In this document: in pieces, positions 21,901 to 30,494 of the stretch
How positions within the stretch are numbered: position 1 is the first letter of the stretch
How the letters are laid out: each line of letters opens with the position of its first letter
IMG/VR virus record: IMGVR_UViG_3300031867_000001
Span: 1-64,000 of that record
Reading direction: 5' to 3' (one strand)
Source: a virus
Taxonomy: Duplodnaviria; Caudoviricetes
Length of the DNA stretch: 64,000 nt
The notes under the pieces: generated by a model
Told to the model about the DNA's origin: nothing
Databases searched by the model: none
The model's input: the letters and a program-made list of their open reading frames with translations, nothing else
Made by a program: the position numbers and the translations under genes

Positions 21901-22561
21901 AGATGTATATTCTGTTCAGCATAATAAATACAAAGATAAATTGGGATTTATAAAACGACTCTCATCATCTGATATAAAAGCGCGAAAAGGTTTGAGACAT
22001 GATCTCTATAAAGTATATAAATTATTTTACGATGAGAATCTTGGGGATGTTGATATGACAGATGTCAATAAACTGAAGACCATCTTAAAGAATATGATAA
22101 AAGATTCTGAAACTGAGTTAAAAGATTTAAAACAATTTGAAAAATTAAATGATAATGACGCATTTCGTGCCAATATAACCGGTGTTGAAAATGGTATCAA
22201 ATCCTATAAGCGACTTCTGGAAAAAATTGAAAACATCACACCTGATGAATTTAAAGGTGAATTCAAACAGGCGGTTTTCAATAGTTATAAACCTTATTTT
22301 GTTGAAGTTCTGAAAGTGTTTGACAGAGAGAGCGAATTCCGTGCAGATTTTGCTAAAAGATATATTAAAGAATTCGCAACTGAATATGATATGTCAACTC
22401 TTGAGGTTATTCAAGAAATGTACTTACAAGATATGGAAGAGTATGTATTCCAAGAAGAATCGGAATCAATTGAATCTTACATTGATGAAACCATTGAAAG
22501 ATTCGATGCTTTCATGGAAGAGTTTAATCTAACCCACAATGAGGATTACCACAATGAATGA
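18980..22561 (+). CDS. multidomain virion-type protein: two repeated ART-like modules + HExxH domain
   Basis: TSRSLKEVKQHQKDV...CIFF...YIPKKSD occurs twice; C-terminal ~390 aa is paralogous to part of 15884-18319 (KHEEGHIAD). Confidence 0.65.
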   Translation: MIIMNKHDIEELQSFLQGEYIEESTSRSLKEVKQHQKDVSSNKDAGDITRVRKVLKSKLENDNTNNTYGRYDGKRDVYDKTPAIRDKIRIHLFMKKSECKNSDELYAFNYADKVLSGSNKTEVKNKMCRLVGFDPKVYGMDLYKHQPGEYFSVNFIENATKSRQLSPTEINKYRYFHFSKTGNLHNVGLSSSRSTIHGGGSIIYPSKCIFFYAVEKTADLDNVLARMINGDPRGVRSAFFYGDYVYEYIPKKSDKIYIDSTDDSNLLQLQQKTRNHGFFKVFLNLAGEGRSSVPVKEFNFNISYNKQNIMNQEETKLRSYTARLEDIYDWNPKQADKVVDIFSKYIHDHETNPNSPKPRKELDASLKSLADFYKSAIDKFINEEKIPQAERRLFKKNAYGHFHKILKTKLNKRFEYGSNDYKMLTKYFHEYSIDENVDDDYITEATSRSLKEVKQHQKDVNKNAVKADMTYIQNFARKCVDSTHSTTHRNKRHINLSKHECKNEKDLFAFNYLMELYKKIENKKYFDQFFKLFGFDGSRVEIRGRYHSSWGLGLSLYVVTNGETFLPRPGVFFIHTTTVPTMTALDGYTNNGGTREYAGNCIFFFAIKANDIREAIKKLSESGHKYGKYAYQYIPKKSDRFFVDSYHNNDTNTFGKHNDITAVFIQVKEDQKLPVKNVSNFFMDDNANKAAKKHYLADIKRLEDLKKNRIANIKKYADKYTRKINELETFLKDEPYNEDYYMPQINELKQKLEELDKSYDDKIKKVEDSIMLAEKKYGFTRTMVESYIDENVDDDYITEANEESKKSRKNAQEFMRNEYGTSHPTSMTSKQRNRMKKWLKDNDYDPKTGTIATDIIDKKTGKPVRVNVGTNAYALDPDILGHPAQAFAIPNTEESGKYLSDTLLRDGRGYINMPLSEMKRHPSVSNGISKHEEGHIADMQYGEKMLGKRNGRRKLKKLNIEDYGPHINQDELAADVYSVQHNKYKDKLGFIKRLSSSDIKARKGLRHDLYKVYKLFYDENLGDVDMTDVNKLKTILKNMIKDSETELKDLKQFEKLNDNDAFRANITGVENGIKSYKRLLEKIENITPDEFKGEFKQAVFNSYKPYFVEVLKVFDRESEFRADFAKRYIKEFATEYDMSTLEVIQEMYLQDMEEYVFQEESESIESYIDETIERFDAFMEEFNLTHNEDYHNE

Positions 22562-25500
22562 AACATTAATAAAGGTGAACAACTTTCCATTCAATAAGGT
22601 ATACTTTGGAATGCCTCAAAGAGTTGGAAAGTCAATGAAACTGGATCGTCCATTATTCATCACACCATACAAACGAATTGGATCAATATTTGCCGTATCA
22701 CGTGATCCGAAAATCAGATCACGTCTCGGTGGGGCATCCAATCGTGGATATGATGAATGGGTTTATCCGATTCGGAATGATGATTATTTGAACGAAGTTC
22801 ATATCAAAGTAAAGAAGTCTCAAAAAGACTTTGAACCGTTTGAGATTGACTGTACGGGATATGTGTATGAGATTGATATATCCAATTTAAAGGATCATAT
22901 CTATCGAAAGTCATGGATGTCTCCAAACTTGGAATTCTTATTGGCTAATATCGATGAAGTTCAATTCTCAAATGTCCATACAATCAATGCTCATGTATAT
23001 GTGGATAAAGCTCCATCATATACTGTCATAAATGAATCAGCAATACAAGAAGGAGCATGGTATTACAACGTCGATAGAGATGAGATAGTTGTTGACAATC
23101 TCCCGTATAATAAGAAGATTGATGGTGATGAATTCTTTGAAATAGATGAATTGATCATTCCATTAATCAAGGTATGTAATCAAAAAGGTTACAAGACCAG
23201 ATATTGTTGTGCAGGACATATTCCACATCATGAATTATCCGAAGGCAAATATTATAAACAGAATACAACGGATATTCCATATATCATGTTTGATAAGCCA
23301 TATCTGTTTACAAATCTACCATCGATGTGGCATAGCGAAATGCCATCAATTAACAAGGATGGTCCATACGTTATTTTGCGATATAATCATAAACCAAATG
23401 AATTTTATTCCAAACAAGCAAAATCATCGAAAAACATGGAGTTGTATGTTAACATCGTAAAAGGCATACAAGAATTGTGTAGATATTTTGAGAAATTACC
23501 AGATGCATCAAAAATGGAAGTAGCGAGTGAAGAATGGATTAAAGCATACGGTGAATCATATAATATCATTCAAGAAGCTGATTTATATGGAAAACCATTC
23601 GATATGTCCAGAATCAAATCGACGGCATTACGAATGTACTTGTCGAAGTATAAAGTTCTTACGACAAATGGTGAAGAGTACCGTAAAGCAACCAATGGAA
23701 AAACAGTCGTTGCTGGTGTTACTAACACACAAGTCCTGTTGTTTGAAGATGACATCAAACGTGCTGGATTGACGGATAAGGAATTGACATTTATTTTATG
23801 GCATGAATTGGCACATCGGCTCTTGAACACATCGGATGAAAAAGCATGTGACGACTATGCACTTCGCCAAATGGATGAAGCAACATACAGAAGTGCAGTT
23901 GCTAAGACAAATCGTCTTGTGGCAGCACTACGAAAAGAGCATGGCATAACACCATCTGAAGAAGGCAAAAAGAAGTACGCCCATCGCAATCTGATAAAGG
24001 AGGATTATGAAATGGAATTTGATCGTTTAACAAAATTACGTGCAATCATGGAGGCTGAAGACTCAACCACCAATGATGAAGAAGAGAAGGATACAAACAA
24101 TGAAGAAGAAACCACACCAAAGAAGAAAGCTCCGTCACGTTTTAAGAAAGATGACGATGATGTTGACACCGACACGTCAACAGAGGATGAAGATGGAGAA
24201 GAAGATGGATCAGATACTGATGAAGACGACGATACTGATTCTGATGATTTATCTGATTTCGGCAATCATGGCGGTGACGAGTTACCTAATAACGAATATG
24301 ATCCCCATGAAGTAGAGACACTGAATAATCTCATGGCTTCTGAAGCAGATGCCATGAATGAATACTTGGATGCTGCTCGTTCATCAAAGGTGGATGTACT
24401 TCAACGTCTGTATGCAGATATTGCAAATGAAGAACGTTTCCATATGGAACAGCTTCTGTTTGCAAAGTCTGAACTGACGGGTGAGAAGTATGTTCCTCGT
24501 GACAAGGATGTTCGTAAAGAATATGAAGAACTTCTTGAACTGGGAATGGATGAAGATTCTGCAATGGCTACAGCAGTTGATAAAGTTGGAATCAAGGTAC
24601 AATCCGAAGCCAAGATTACTGACAAAGATGCAGAGGATTTGGATGAAGATATGAAGAAGCTTGAATCAGATGTTGATGTTCTGGAAGAGTATGCAGTTCA
24701 AATGGAATTGCTTCGTAACATTTGTGAATATGCATACATGACAAATGATACGGAACTCATCAATGAGATGCAATATACTTCATCCGGAGATTCTTCTTTC
24801 ATCATGGAAGAAGTTGCATCAAATGTCACAATGGATAAGAAGTATTCACGTCCAATCAACCCGATTATTCTGGCATTGAAGCTGTTTAAATCATTCTTGG
24901 TTTTCGTTCATAATTTAGCAAAGAACTCTCAGAATTTGACGACACAGATTCGTTTCCGTTTGGCTAAGACACAAGAACTGATTAAGAAGCATGGACTGGG
25001 TGCATTATTTGGAGAGGGTGTATACATGTATCTTTGGAGTGATACAAAGAACGCGGTTACATTCGATGATATGGCTTTCTACAATAATTCACTTTGGACA
25101 TTGTCTCAGATGTGTGTTACCAATTCCAAAACAACCAATCAAGATATGTTGAATGCAGCAAAGAACCAACCACCATTCAAGATTCATGATGCAGCATTTA
25201 ATAAGAAATTTAATGGTCCAAGACCAATCGTTCAAATGTTCCAAACTGCTGTATTCACTAAGACAAAGGTTGTTGTGAATGACAACACACGTGACTATAT
25301 TGAGAAAACATTCTTTGGTAATGTACCAGAAGGATCGGATCCAATCAAAATTGATTCAAGTCAACAGCTTGATTTGGTTGCATATGCAAGTGGAATGAAT
25401 GCATGTGTTGTATTCTCGTATATGGTTGCAAGAATTGATCAATATGCACAATATACCCAAAAGATTCTGGACGGGTTTAAGAAGATGGAAGGTGAACCAA

Positions 25501-25703
25501 ACGGTATCTTCCATACAAACCAGAAGCTGTATCTGGAACTTACAAAGTATATGGAACAAGCAGTAAAGTTCTACACCAAGATGATTAAGATGGTTACTCA
25601 TGATCTGAACGTATGCGCAAATCTTGCATCTGGTAAGGTTCCGAATACAGAAGACAAAAACAAACCACAGGATCAACAGCAACAGCAACAGAGTTCCAAA
25701 TAA
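22554..25703 (+). CDS. multidomain virion-type protein with HExxH and ferritin/rubrerythrin-like domains
   Basis: WHELAH...DEKACD zincin motif; EADAMNEY...IANEERFH di-iron-type helix pair; long D/E linker. Confidence 0.65.
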   Translation: MNETLIKVNNFPFNKVYFGMPQRVGKSMKLDRPLFITPYKRIGSIFAVSRDPKIRSRLGGASNRGYDEWVYPIRNDDYLNEVHIKVKKSQKDFEPFEIDCTGYVYEIDISNLKDHIYRKSWMSPNLEFLLANIDEVQFSNVHTINAHVYVDKAPSYTVINESAIQEGAWYYNVDRDEIVVDNLPYNKKIDGDEFFEIDELIIPLIKVCNQKGYKTRYCCAGHIPHHELSEGKYYKQNTTDIPYIMFDKPYLFTNLPSMWHSEMPSINKDGPYVILRYNHKPNEFYSKQAKSSKNMELYVNIVKGIQELCRYFEKLPDASKMEVASEEWIKAYGESYNIIQEADLYGKPFDMSRIKSTALRMYLSKYKVLTTNGEEYRKATNGKTVVAGVTNTQVLLFEDDIKRAGLTDKELTFILWHELAHRLLNTSDEKACDDYALRQMDEATYRSAVAKTNRLVAALRKEHGITPSEEGKKKYAHRNLIKEDYEMEFDRLTKLRAIMEAEDSTTNDEEEKDTNNEEETTPKKKAPSRFKKDDDDVDTDTSTEDEDGEEDGSDTDEDDDTDSDDLSDFGNHGGDELPNNEYDPHEVETLNNLMASEADAMNEYLDAARSSKVDVLQRLYADIANEERFHMEQLLFAKSELTGEKYVPRDKDVRKEYEELLELGMDEDSAMATAVDKVGIKVQSEAKITDKDAEDLDEDMKKLESDVDVLEEYAVQMELLRNICEYAYMTNDTELINEMQYTSSGDSSFIMEEVASNVTMDKKYSRPINPIILALKLFKSFLVFVHNLAKNSQNLTTQIRFRLAKTQELIKKHGLGALFGEGVYMYLWSDTKNAVTFDDMAFYNNSLWTLSQMCVTNSKTTNQDMLNAAKNQPPFKIHDAAFNKKFNGPRPIVQMFQTAVFTKTKVVVNDNTRDYIEKTFFGNVPEGSDPIKIDSSQQLDLVAYASGMNACVVFSYMVARIDQYAQYTQKILDGFKKMEGEPNGIFHTNQKLYLELTKYMEQAVKFYTKMIKMVTHDLNVCANLASGKVPNTEDKNKPQDQQQQQQSSK

Positions 25704-25772
25704 AATATAATTTTATATAAATATATCATTTAAGTGAACATGTGTATGATGTTCAGAAAGGAATGATGTATT

Positions 25773-26045
25773 ATGATTTTATATAACCAAAATCACAACA
25801 TCGATGAATCTGTTGAGATGACTGAACAGATCTTTGGTGAGCCCGCAACACCAGCACACTTCTATGAGAAACAAAATGATTTCAATTTGATTCTTGAAGA
25901 TATGATGTCTGGTGCAATTCCAACCAATACGAAACAACCATTCAATGTTGTTTGGAAAGCAGATATTGAAGCTTTGAATAGACAGAATGGTATTCCGTTT
26001 GATAAGCCATATCGGACTTTATCAGATCCGAATGGTATGTTATGA
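25773..26045 (+). CDS. hypothetical protein
   Basis: 90-aa ORF; AAAGGA RBS; hairpin 26056-26081. Confidence 0.6.
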   Translation: MILYNQNHNIDESVEMTEQIFGEPATPAHFYEKQNDFNLILEDMMSGAIPTNTKQPFNVVWKADIEALNRQNGIPFDKPYRTLSDPNGML

Positions 26046-26236
26046 TAAAATAAATGATGGGGAATATTAATATTCCCCATCGCATAACATATGTATTAAA
26101 TTCGCACAATCATGTTCGAAACATTGTCCGGTTTTGAATATGAGTGCATTACTAAACACAAGCTTCCTTGCAATACCTCGACTTGTGTTAACACAACACG
26201 GATGTTCACACTTCCCCGCGCTCATCCGTGTTAAAT

Positions 26237-26320
26237 GCTATGGTGGTGGAATTGGTATACACAGAGCACTCAAAATGCTCCGACTTAATTGTCATAAGGG
26301 TTCAAGTCCCTTCCGTAGCA
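26237..26320 (+). tRNA. tRNA-Leu(CAA)
   Basis: GCTATGG/CCGTAGC acceptor; GAGCA-CTCAAAA-TGCTC anticodon arm; long variable arm; GGTTCAAGTCC. Confidence 0.9.
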
Positions 26321-26326
26321 TCCTAT

Positions 26327-26403
26327 CGGGACATGGTGAAGTTTGGTATCACGCTACATTTGGGATGTAGATGCCGGGAGTTCGAATCTCCCTGTTCCGA
26401 CCA
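26327..26403 (+). tRNA. tRNA-Pro(TGG)
   Basis: CTACA-TTTGGGA-TGTAG; GTTCGAATC; encoded CCA. Confidence 0.92.
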
Positions 26404-26405
26404 TT

Positions 26406-26552
26406 ATTCTGAAGCAGTTTATATCAGATACTTCGAATCACCATTTTGAAATGAATTTATATGTTTCATTCACACACAAAAATCGTCGAACAAGATTCCA
26501 GTTCGGCGTCAATCGAAAGATTGCCTTTTCTGGTATAGAACATTCTCAGAAT
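26406..26552 (+). ncRNA. Y RNA-like (putative Ro60-binding) RNA, copy 0
   Basis: Terminal stem ATTCTGA/TCAGAAT; GAAGCAG...TATATCAGA-TACTTCG...TCTGGTATA...ATTCTC motif shared with the 40-kb cluster. Confidence 0.7.
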
Positions 26553-26659
26553 TATAAATAACTCAACTATGTATTCCCCGGCGTCGTGCCGGGGAATGTT
26601 GGGTTTATTTTTGTCATTTTTAAAAACCTATATCAAACACCTTTAAGGAGGAAAAAGAA

Positions 26660-27214
26660 ATGAAACTGTTTGTTGGAGACACCGTTCTTTGTTCTGAAGT
26701 GAGAGAATGGCAGGTTTATAAAACATATGGGTACATCTATTACATCATGTTCATTTATGATAAAAAAGATGATGATGGTAAATATATCGATGAAATAATC
26801 AACGGTCCTTTTACTGTTCATCATGTTGACGAGGAGAATTGTTCCGTAACATTTGCACGAGTTGACCCAGATAATGAAGATCTTCCAGATGGATTTACGG
26901 TTACGATCGATAAGAAGATTCTTGGTAAAGTAATGAATGTGTTTATTTGCATGAATAACACAAATATCCATCTGTTTCCACATACTGCTTCTATCAATCC
27001 AGAAGTACTTAAGATGTGGGAAAATCGTAATGATTCCGAGATGTATCTCAAATATCATGATCCAAAGAGCGATAAGAATATGCTGGTACATGTAACGGAC
27101 ATGTCCACATGCTGTATGATTGTTGATTATGTTAGTGGGTTTGAATATCACAAAGATCGTTTGCCTCGATGGGAAGAGCATTTTGATCTTGATGTTGAAG
27201 TGATAATGTGGTGA
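26660..27214 (+). CDS. hypothetical protein
   Basis: AAGGAGG RBS; 184 aa. Confidence 0.7.
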   Translation: MKLFVGDTVLCSEVREWQVYKTYGYIYYIMFIYDKKDDDGKYIDEIINGPFTVHHVDEENCSVTFARVDPDNEDLPDGFTVTIDKKILGKVMNVFICMNNTNIHLFPHTASINPEVLKMWENRNDSEMYLKYHDPKSDKNMLVHVTDMSTCCMIVDYVSGFEYHKDRLPRWEEHFDLDVEVIMW

Positions 27215-27220
27215 TGTATT

Positions 27221-27667
27221 ATGAAGGTAAAACAGAAAATTGAGAAATCTGGTAAGTATAAAGAACCGAATCCAAAAGATTTGTTAATTCCAGAGTGTCT
27301 TGTATGTCCGGAATGTGGTATGTTAATATATCCGCGTAATGAAGATAAAAGAAAAACATACTATTTCCCAAATATGTCAAATGAACATCGTTACTATACA
27401 AAACATTATGCAAGAGCCGCATTCACGTGTTCTGAATGTGGCTGTCAATTCAGTAGAGAAGCTGATACTTATACTGAATTTAATTGGGATAAAATAAAAC
27501 TTGATACAGCAAAAGCATTAATGGTTTTATCGATCATCACACTCATTTTATGTGCAATACACGTAATAACTAATGATATTCGTTTTGATGTCATACAATT
27601 AGTAATCATAATATCGGCATATTCGATATTCGTTGGTTCAGTTATATACTATTGGAGAAATTCATAA
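27221..27667 (+). CDS. Zn-ribbon membrane protein
   Basis: CPECG...CSECG plus two C-terminal TM segments. Confidence 0.65.
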   Translation: MKVKQKIEKSGKYKEPNPKDLLIPECLVCPECGMLIYPRNEDKRKTYYFPNMSNEHRYYTKHYARAAFTCSECGCQFSREADTYTEFNWDKIKLDTAKALMVLSIITLILCAIHVITNDIRFDVIQLVIIISAYSIFVGSVIYYWRNS

Positions 27668-27700
27668 ATGTATTAAACCCGGGCTTCGACCCGGGTTATA

Positions 27701-27730
27701 TTATTTTTTATATTTATATAATTTAAATGA
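27701..27730 (+). promoter_or_regulatory. AT-rich promoter motif, variant class
   Basis: TTATTTTTTATATTTATATAATTTAAATGA, identical at 32633-32662; both follow CCCGGG hairpins. Confidence 0.55.
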
Positions 27731-27868
27731 TAAATGAGAAACAAACTCTTTATCAATATTATTTTCAGGAGGAATAAGACATGAAGTTTGCAAAGAAAGT
27801 TGAGATCAAGGTCACGGTTAAGGACAATCCGTTTCTGAAGGAACAAGTACAGTTGTGAGGTGATTGAT

Positions 27869-28345
27869 ATGGACGAACCGATTACATCTTTTCGTGGCAA
27901 TTATGAATTCTTATCGAATTTTTACGAATGTTATGTTCCAATGACATTCGGTAAAGACAACATTCCATTTGAATTCAGAAATGCTGAAGCGGCATTCCAA
28001 GCACACAAGACACACAATTTTGCAGATCTGGTTATATTTTCAAATATGACTGGACGGGAAGCAAAGAAGTTTGGTCGTAAAGTGAAATTACGTGATGATT
28101 GGAACGACATTCGTTTGCGAATCATGTTTGAAGTCGTGTTAACGAAATTCGTTGTCAATCAAGATTTGCGTGATAAGTTGATTACAACCGGACAAAGAGA
28201 ACTGATCGAGGGTAACACATGGCACGATACCTTCTGGGGAGTTTGTGATGGTAAGGGCGAAAATCACCTTGGGAAGATTCTTATGGAAGTCCGGTCAATG
28301 TTGATACGTGCACAGTTTCTATATAAAGAGGAGGATCATCGATGA
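27869..28345 (+). CDS. NADAR family protein (YbiA/DUF1768)
   Basis: FLSNFY, AEAAFQAHK, AKKFGR, LIEGNTWHDTFWG, GENHLGKILMEVR. Confidence 0.92.
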   Translation: MDEPITSFRGNYEFLSNFYECYVPMTFGKDNIPFEFRNAEAAFQAHKTHNFADLVIFSNMTGREAKKFGRKVKLRDDWNDIRLRIMFEVVLTKFVVNQDLRDKLITTGQRELIEGNTWHDTFWGVCDGKGENHLGKILMEVRSMLIRAQFLYKEEDHR

Positions 28346-28800
28346 GTAAAGCCAAAGTAAACGTTATGGTCTGCACCCCGTTCGCGGGGTTGACAGATGA
28401 TGAAATCAATTGCAATATTCGTGTTACTTGTTCTAAGTTGACGGATATTGTATTAGCTCTGTTCGAGGACAATGATGAAGGATATGATGAACTTGAAGTT
28501 CACTTCTTCTCAAACAATATCAACTATCAGAGACCTGCAATTCCGTGTGATACTGACACGATGGAAGATTATCGGTTGATGTGTTTGGGAAATGGTGTAT
28601 CAAACATCATGGCTGAATGTGACGCTGTTGTATTTGCTGGGAAATGGCATGAGTCGCGTGGTTGTATGATGGAGATGATGGCAGCGTTGTTGTATCATAA
28701 ACCAATCGTGGCTCTGGATGAACAAGACAATCCTATTGATCGTGATCAGATGATGGACATCGTAAAGGATTCCATCAATGATATGCTGGATAATATTTAA
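28342..28800 (+). CDS. DUF4406 / nucleoside deoxyribosyltransferase-like protein
   Basis: CTPFAG...ECDAVVFAGKWHESRGCMMEM. Confidence 0.7.
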   Translation: MSKAKVNVMVCTPFAGLTDDEINCNIRVTCSKLTDIVLALFEDNDEGYDELEVHFFSNNINYQRPAIPCDTDTMEDYRLMCLGNGVSNIMAECDAVVFAGKWHESRGCMMEMMAALLYHKPIVALDEQDNPIDRDQMMDIVKDSINDMLDNI

Positions 28801-28814
28801 AGGAGGAAAAAGAA

Positions 28815-29099
28815 ATGGGAAAGAAACTTGTAAACGTTGTGGAGAAATCGATCTGGATATTTGATACATATGATTTGAAAGTTGGAGATGCGTACATCAT
28901 GACTATTATTGATGATGATGGGTTGGAAATCTTCGACGATGTTTTGTCAACTGGTGAAAAAGTGTTCATTCTTATTGAGGATTTCAATGAGAACGAGATC
29001 AAGGCGGTGTACATCCCCCGTAGGAATGCTTCAAAACAGGTACAGCGATTCCTTATTACACCGGATATGAATGTGACACTGGAAAGGGTAGTTGAATGA
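28815..29099 (+). CDS. hypothetical protein
   Basis: AAGGAGG RBS. Confidence 0.65.
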   Translation: MGKKLVNVVEKSIWIFDTYDLKVGDAYIMTIIDDDGLEIFDDVLSTGEKVFILIEDFNENEIKAVYIPRRNASKQVQRFLITPDMNVTLERVVE

Positions 29100-29740
29100 T
29101 GGAAAAGAAGAATAAACTTCCAGAGTATGTGATCGAAGAATCAATCCCGCGTTTCAGTGGGATTGATTCCACGACACTCGCAAATGTTAAAGCTGATAAG
29201 TATAATAAGCTCATTAAAACCCATGAACAAGCAATATCCGGTCATTATATTTTAGCCAAAGACTCATGTTATGATAATGACGCTTTGTTTCTGAGCGTTG
29301 ATAAGAGCAACACACATGCTGTCATAACGCTGTTGTCAAACCAGGCGTTTGATCGTAAAAAGAAGCGTCTTAAAGAAATCAAACGGTTTTGCAATAGCAC
29401 TGATAATTTACTTTGGGGATATGATTGTCACCAACTGGTGATATATGTTGCACCAGAAGGGTTCTCGGAGTATTTCAAGATTAAAACTCTTGAATCAGAA
29501 ATTGGTGTTGAGTATAAGAAACGTTACTGTTTTGATGAAAACAAACTTAACATCAATCGTGGATATGTGATTAGAAACAGCGTCATTACATCAATGATTT
29601 CATACGGTATTCTCAATAGTATTAATCCGAAACAGTTGGAGTTTACAGTTATCGATCAGAATGGCTCTCTCAGTAAGTATGAACTCTTAATCGAATATGT
29701 TGTAAATGGAACTATTGAAATTGAACCCGTTGATCTATAA
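29096..29740 (+). CDS. hypothetical protein, paralog A
   Basis: N-terminus PEYVIEESIPRFSGID shared with the next ORF. Confidence 0.7.
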   Translation: MMEKKNKLPEYVIEESIPRFSGIDSTTLANVKADKYNKLIKTHEQAISGHYILAKDSCYDNDALFLSVDKSNTHAVITLLSNQAFDRKKKRLKEIKRFCNSTDNLLWGYDCHQLVIYVAPEGFSEYFKIKTLESEIGVEYKKRYCFDENKLNINRGYVIRNSVITSMISYGILNSINPKQLEFTVIDQNGSLSKYELLIEYVVNGTIEIEPVDL

Positions 29741-29757
29741 AGTGTGGAGGAATAATC

Positions 29758-30429
29758 ATGAAAAAGAAGCAGAATAACATACCCGAGTATGTGATCGAGG
29801 AATTGATCCCGCGTTTTCGCGGGATCGATACTCCGACAATCGCATATGTTGAATGTAAATTTTTGAACATGGACGGCAATTTTATTATGTCCAAAACATC
29901 AAAACCGGAGTATGATATATTACAGCTCAATACTGATGATACAATGATGGGAACATATGCCATTATGTTATGCCAGGATAAAGCATACCGTGAAGTCAAG
30001 GAATCAATTGAACGTCATAAAGATGATCAATATGATGAAATCGATGGTATGTTAACAACATATCGTCATTCAATTACAGGTGGTACAACATATGTCACAT
30101 CGGTTGGATTTGTACAACATTTCAAAATCCATCCTCTTCGGAAAGGTTTTGGAATTGATATTAAGAAGAATTACAAATTCGATATATCGAAGCTTAAAAG
30201 GAATGATGTATTCAAAATCACGATCAAATACGGGCGCAAAAAATTTGATGAAAGATACGGCATTCTCTTGAGTGTTAATGACACGACGCTGAAACTGAAA
30301 CTTTCGATGGGTTTTGACCCAGATGACGATTATGCACCAATGGCGTATGAAATCAAGATTGATGACATTGTCAACGGCAAGGTGACACTTGAGAAAGTCG
30401 ATCTCAATCAAATTGCTATAAATATTTGA
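29758..30429 (+). CDS. hypothetical protein, paralog B
   Basis: PEYVIEELIPRFRGID; similar C-terminus (VNG...VDL). Confidence 0.7.
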   Translation: MKKKQNNIPEYVIEELIPRFRGIDTPTIAYVECKFLNMDGNFIMSKTSKPEYDILQLNTDDTMMGTYAIMLCQDKAYREVKESIERHKDDQYDEIDGMLTTYRHSITGGTTYVTSVGFVQHFKIHPLRKGFGIDIKKNYKFDISKLKRNDVFKITIKYGRKKFDERYGILLSVNDTTLKLKLSMGFDPDDDYAPMAYEIKIDDIVNGKVTLEKVDLNQIAINI

Positions 30430-30494
30430 TTTGGTGTAACAACGTCTTACATCAAATTATAGGTGATGAATATAAATTCTTAGGAGGAATCAGT

